From Bacillota bacterium (GTDB taxonomy: Bacteria; Bacillota; Clostridia; Oscillospirales; Ruminococcaceae), in assembly GCA_023431215.1 (NCBI GenBank), contig JAEYXR010000048.1, forward strand, positions 2,995 through 66,994: a stretch of 64,000 nt of DNA, given 5' to 3'. Below, one piece after another: positions 59,851-64,000 of this stretch (its first letter is position 1; every line of letters begins with the position of its first letter). A model generated the notes under the pieces. It was given only the letters and a program-made list of their open reading frames with translations, searched no databases and was not told the DNA's origin. The position numbers were made by a program, and so were the translations under genes.

Positions 59851-61272
59851 TTAATTCTTTGTAGTCTCGTTCAACTTCTTTTTGGGTAATACACAGCGAT
59901 AAAGGAAAATTGCCAAACAACCTGCTGCAAAAACAAAGCCGATTGGATAAGCAATGGTAACCGGAAGCTTAAAGCCTTCCTGTGCATACAGGATGTAGGT
60001 GCAGCTAACGGCAGACATAAAGGTTGCAGGAATTACGGTAATTAAATAGGGTCTGCCATTACGAAGCAGGTAAACACTGGCTGCCCAAAGGGCAATCATG
60101 GCCAGAGTTTGGTTGCTCCAGGAGAAGTAGCGCCAAACCACCTGTACATCTATCTGAGTGAGGAATGCACCCACAGCCAGCAGAGGAACGGTCAGTATCA
60201 AGCGATTTTTAATAGGCTTTTGGTCAATACCAAACCAGTCGGAAAGGGTAAGGCGTGCGCTGCGGTATGCAGTATCGGCAGAAGAAACAGGACAAGCAAT
60301 AACACCGATCATTGCAATAACTGCGCCAACAGGTCCCAGAAGTGTAAAGCAAATTTCGTAAACTACAGCAGACTGTCCGCCACCCAAAGCGGTAAGCAAT
60401 CCGCCTGTGCCCTGATAAAATGCCACACCGGCTGCTGCCCAGATAAGAGCAATGATACCCTCAGCAACCATGGCTCCATAGAAAATGCTGCGCCCCTGAC
60501 GCTCGTTTTGAATGCAGCGCGCCATAATGGGAGACTGTGTGGCATGGAAACCGGAAATGGCACCACAGGCCACCGAAACAAACATAACGGGCCAGATGGG
60601 TGTTCCTTTGGGATGCAGATTGGACAGGGTGATTTCAGGAATAGTATACCCGCCAAACAGGATGCCACCGGCTACGCCCAATGCCATAACAATGAGGCAA
60701 ATGCCGAAAATGGGATACACCTTGCCAATTACCTTGTCAATTGGTACAAAGGTAGCAATAAAATAGTAGATAAGTACAACAACCAGCCAGAAATTACGGT
60801 CAAGAAAATCGGGTGTTAGCATTGCCAGCAGACTGGCGGGACCTGTAGTAAAGGTAACACCTACCAACACCAGCAGTACCACCGAGAAAACACGCATAAC
60901 CTGCTTCATACCGTTGCCCAAATAGCGGCCTGAAATTTCTGCCACACTGTCTCCACGGTGACGCATAGAAATCATGCCTACCATAAAGTCATGCACTGCA
61001 CCGGCAAAAATGGTACCAAAGGTAATCCATAGAAAAACGGAGGGTCCCCAAGCCGCACCTGCCAAAGCACCAAAAATGGGGCCCAAGCCTGCAATGTTTA
61101 AAAGCTGAATTAAGAAAATACGCCAGCGGGGCATTGGGACATAGTCTGTGCCATCCTGCAGTTCTATTGCGGGGGTAGTACGATCATCGGGTCCAAACAC
61201 CTTTTCTACTACCTTACCATAGGTAAAGTAGCCAGCGATGAGAATTGCCAAACACACAAAAAAGCTTATCAT
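59851..61272 (-). CDS. cstA: Carbon starvation protein A family transporter (pyruvate/peptide)
   Basis: DGTDYVPM, IAGLGPIFG, GAVHD, IACGAISGFH-type motif (VACGAISGFH), WRYFSWSNQ. Confidence 0.93.
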   Translation of the reverse strand: MISFFVCLAILIAGYFTYGKVVEKVFGPDDRTTPAIELQDGTDYVPMPRWRIFLIQLLNIAGLGPIFGALAGAAWGPSVFLWITFGTIFAGAVHDFMVGMISMRHRGDSVAEISGRYLGNGMKQVMRVFSVVLLVLVGVTFTTGPASLLAMLTPDFLDRNFWLVVVLIYYFIATFVPIDKVIGKVYPIFGICLIVMALGVAGGILFGGYTIPEITLSNLHPKGTPIWPVMFVSVACGAISGFHATQSPIMARCIQNERQGRSIFYGAMVAEGIIALIWAAAGVAFYQGTGGLLTALGGGQSAVVYEICFTLLGPVGAVIAMIGVIACPVSSADTAYRSARLTLSDWFGIDQKPIKNRLILTVPLLAVGAFLTQIDVQVVWRYFSWSNQTLAMIALWAASVYLLRNGRPYLITVIPATFMSAVSCTYILYAQEGFKLPVTIAYPIGFVFAAGCLAIFLYRCVLPKKKLNETTKN

Positions 61273-61334
61273 CTGTTCTATTCCTCCTCGTCAATTATTG
61301 ATGCTAACTGTTTTTTACTTATCATTGCATCTTT

Positions 61335-61425
61335 AGTTTAACAAAGGACTTTTTTAGCACCAACAAAAAGTAGGATAAATGCATAAATCAGTGTGTTAAA
61401 TGTAAATAATTATGGATTAAATGTA
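61335..61425 (-). promoter_or_regulatory. Three LytTR-type direct repeats (21-bp period) upstream of the cstA promoter
   Basis: TAAATG(C/T)A at 61376, 61397 and 61418; weak -35 TTGGTG, 17 nt, TAAACT. Confidence 0.75.
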
Positions 61426-61572
61426 CTATTTAATAAGAAAAGTAAAACTTTTTGTAATAAACCTTTTCTAATGCTTTACTCTTTCACTTATCTCTAAAAA
61501 GTTTTGATACTAAGCTTTCACACCGACTTAGAGCATTTTTTGTTCATGACTGTGTTTTAAAGTTTTTATAGC

Positions 61573-61607
61573 AAAAAAGACCCGCCGAACACACCGGCGG
61601 GTCTTTT
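61573..61607 (-). terminator. Terminator after lysW
   Basis: AAAAAAGACCCGCCG...CGGCGGGTCTTTT. Confidence 0.85.
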
Positions 61608-61648
61608 GTTTAAACTATATTTTTTTACAAATTTTATGGTTGCAACTA

Positions 61649-63193
61649 CTATGCCACAGAGGAGTCGGCAGCAGTACACTGGGTGCCAAACTTTTTATGC
61701 AGCAGTACCAGTAGTAACACCAGCATAACAAGGGAAGAAGCAAGAGTTAACAGCAGGTTGCCACCTGTAAAACCGGCTACCAAATAACCGACAAAGCAGC
61801 AAACAGCTACAACCAGGCAGTAGGGAATTTGGGTAGATACATGCTCTATGTGGTTGCAGCCGGCACCTGCAGAAGCCATAATAGTGGTGTCGGAAATAGG
61901 TGAGCAGTGATCGCCAAAGACAGAACCGGCCAAAGAAGCTGCCAGAACAGGAATAATCAGATGAGGAGCAACCTTTTCGCAAATTTCAAAAACAATAGGA
62001 ATTAAGATACCAAAGGTGCCCCAAGAGGTACCCATGGAGAAAGAAAGTGCTGCGGCAATGGCAAAAGTAATGGCAGGCAGAATCGCAATGGGGATATTGC
62101 TGGTTTCCACCATTACACTGACAAACTCACCGGTTTGCAGCAGATCACGGCAAACACCGGAAATTGTCCAGGCCAGAATTAGGATGATGTCGGCAGGAAC
62201 CATAGACTTAACACCATCGGTAAAAACATCCATAAAGTCACGGGCAGACATCAAGCCCCTGGGTACAAACATCACAAAAGCAAACAGAAGCGCTACCAAG
62301 GAGCCCAAAACCAGGGCGGGGCCGGAAGAGCAGTTGCCAAAGGCGTCTGCCATGGACATGCCGCCGGCAAAGTAACCGCCGTTTTCCAGCATTGCCAGGG
62401 CAGAAACACCAACCAGCACCACAACGGGTAAAACCAAGTCCCAAACAGTGCCTTTGCCCTCAACGGGGGCATCTTCCTTGGAAAGAAGGTCAACTGCACC
62501 CAAATCGCCTGCCTGGGCTCTTGCCTCTGCTTTGGCCATGGGGCCAAAGTCCAGGTCGATTAAGGAAATTAGAATCAGCATGACGATGGATAAAATGGCA
62601 TACAGGTTAAAGGGTACGGTAGAAATCATGGCCTGAATACCGCTGCTGAACAGATTGCTGCCCTCGGGCAGAGAGGAAATAACAGCAGCGCCCCAGCTGG
62701 AGATGGGAGCGATGATACAGATAGGAGCTGCCGTTGCATCAATGATATAGGCAAGCTTTGCACGAGAAATTTTATAGCGGTCGGTAACGGGACGCATTAC
62801 GGTGCCCACAGTAAGGCAGTTGCAGTAATCGTCAATAAAGATAAGCGCACCCAGACCACCGGTGGCCAGCAGGGCACTGCTTTTGCTTTTCAGCTTTTTG
62901 TTCATTAAGTTACCGTAGGCTTTAGAACCACCGGCTCTTGTAATCAAAGCAACCAGCGCACCCACCATCGCCAAAAACAGAATAATGTTTAAGTCAAAGC
63001 GGCTGCCCATAAGCTCAAAAGTGTTTTTAAGGGTATCAATAACAGGATTCTGACCCAATGTCAGGGTATAAATGAAGGTACCGGACAAAATTCCGATAAA
63101 CAGAGAGGAGATAACCTCCTTGGTAATGAGTGCCAGTCCAATGGCGATAATAGGCGGCAAAATTGACAGCCAGCCAACGTTGACAGCTTCCAT
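61649..63193 (-). CDS. lysW: NhaC-family transporter, predicted lysine importer LysW
   Basis: IFIDDY, PISSWG, GTSWGTF, FGDHCSPISDTT; lysine riboswitch upstream; ATG 63193 after GAGGAAGG. Confidence 0.85.
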   Translation of the reverse strand: MEAVNVGWLSILPPIIAIGLALITKEVISSLFIGILSGTFIYTLTLGQNPVIDTLKNTFELMGSRFDLNIILFLAMVGALVALITRAGGSKAYGNLMNKKLKSKSSALLATGGLGALIFIDDYCNCLTVGTVMRPVTDRYKISRAKLAYIIDATAAPICIIAPISSWGAAVISSLPEGSNLFSSGIQAMISTVPFNLYAILSIVMLILISLIDLDFGPMAKAEARAQAGDLGAVDLLSKEDAPVEGKGTVWDLVLPVVVLVGVSALAMLENGGYFAGGMSMADAFGNCSSGPALVLGSLVALLFAFVMFVPRGLMSARDFMDVFTDGVKSMVPADIILILAWTISGVCRDLLQTGEFVSVMVETSNIPIAILPAITFAIAAALSFSMGTSWGTFGILIPIVFEICEKVAPHLIIPVLAASLAGSVFGDHCSPISDTTIMASAGAGCNHIEHVSTQIPYCLVVAVCCFVGYLVAGFTGGNLLLTLASSLVMLVLLLVLLHKKFGTQCTAADSSVA

Positions 63194-63396
63194 GAAAAAT
63201 ACTTCCTTCCTCAAACATACATTTTTTACCGGTAAACCGGAGTTTTGTGGCTGCGCATAAAACACTGTTTTAAAAATTAGGCCTGCAGACTCAAACATCC
63301 GAAAGGAACACAAAACCTTAACAGGTGTATTGAGCACTGCTGATGCCACAGATAAAACGGGTTTGCGCGCAATTTTTTGGACTGCTTTTACACAAC

Positions 63397-63434
63397 AAAA
63401 AACCGCAACACGCCAAACACATGGCACGCTGCGG
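63397..63434 (-). terminator. Riboswitch-controlled terminator
   Basis: CCGCAGCGTGCCA-TGTGTT-TGGCGTGTTGCGG-TTTTTT on the minus strand. Confidence 0.8.
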
Positions 63435-63464
63435 CACATAAGAGGGAATGCACCCCTCTGCTGT

Positions 63465-63632
63465 ACAATGATAGCGCTCCACAAATTCTCGTGGCAGTCC
63501 GCTGCATATTTTGCAGCGACCCAGCGCAGATCCTTTGGCCCGGACCTGAACTTCGGCGGTTTTCCCTTTCTTCCATGCGGCTGCCAGCCGTATGCAATGG
63601 AATACTCTTGATTACCGCGCCTCTACCAATGC
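63465..63632 (-). promoter_or_regulatory. Lysine riboswitch (L-box)
   Basis: GGTAGAGGCGC..AGTA..GAAAGGG..CGCCGAA..CTGGG..AATA..ACTGCC..GGAGCGCTATC. Confidence 0.93.
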
Positions 63633-63946
63633 TTTAAATATTTTACTTCTTTAAAGCGGTATTTAGTTTGATGGTGGAATCATACCATATCTTTTCCCGC
63701 AGTGTCAACTGTGTTTTTTTAACTTTGACGCTTTTGTTACATTTACTGTTGATGATGTTCATAATTACGACATAACTTACAAAGATATTTCCATCTATAT
63801 GCCAATCAACTTCCATTAAATTCTTTCTGCAAAGCTGCTTTTGTGTGACGCAGTCACGGAAAGCCCCTAACAATGAGGATATAATAAAGCCATACCAAAT
63901 AAATCAATTGAAATAGATCAATACTTAATAAAGGAGATTGTATCTT

Positions 63947-64000
63947 ATGTCTGTTACTGCTGTTACCAAGAAAACCTTTGAAAAAGAAATACTTCAATCA
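63947..64000 (+). CDS. Probable thioredoxin (5' fragment only)
   Basis: RBS AAGGAG, then MSVTAVTKKTFEKEILQS, a typical thioredoxin N-terminus; WCxxC lies beyond the window. Confidence 0.55.
   Translation, partial: MSVTAVTKKTFEKEILQS

Noticed and set aside
63194..63484. 97-aa N-terminal extension of the NhaC ORF given in the track
   Set aside because: It overlaps the riboswitch and terminator; a good RBS precedes ATG 63193.
45235..64000. Intact genomic island or ICE integrated at ssrA
   Set aside because: No integrase, conjugation or phage genes, and no repeat of the ssrA 3' end in the window.
1..64000. CRISPR array, retron/RT, toxin-antitoxin or other defence system
   Set aside because: No regularly spaced repeats or recognisable cas, RT or TA genes; the NERD protein is solitary and membrane-anchored.

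Overview
A 64-kb chromosomal window from a spore-forming anaerobic Clostridia-class bacterium (gene content and order suggest Oscillospiraceae/Ruminococcaceae; inference). Most of it is housekeeping: deaD/cshA, tex, yaaO-darA-holB-yaaT, queG, femX-like, clpB, asnO, murD, HPr, ffs-dnaX-ybaB-recR, smpB-ssrA, two tRNA-Leu genes and a partial thioredoxin. Regulatory DNA is unusually readable: a perfect CIRCE over the clpB -35 box, ARG boxes before an amino-acid ABC transporter, a lysine riboswitch before lysW, three 21-bp-periodic LytTR boxes before cstA, and shared IclR-type sites before a gcl-like gene and its regulator. The best candidate for an undescribed system is a 10-kb cluster (46379-56614): TAXI-TRAP transporter, DUF1537 kinase, Fe-ADH, DapA-like aldolase, PdxA2, YhcH/NanQ and a GAFTGA-less PrpR-like regulator. 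Its enzyme set fits a route from a C7 2-keto-3-deoxy-aldaric acid such as pectin RG-II Dha to pyruvate + D-threonate to DHAP (hypothesis). Other oddities: an apparently ~190-nt SRP RNA with a long helix but no Alu domain, and a Gcl-like enzyme that keeps the canonical ThDP glutamate. No CRISPR array, integrase, transposase or prophage was seen. All calls come from reading the sequence; no searches were run.
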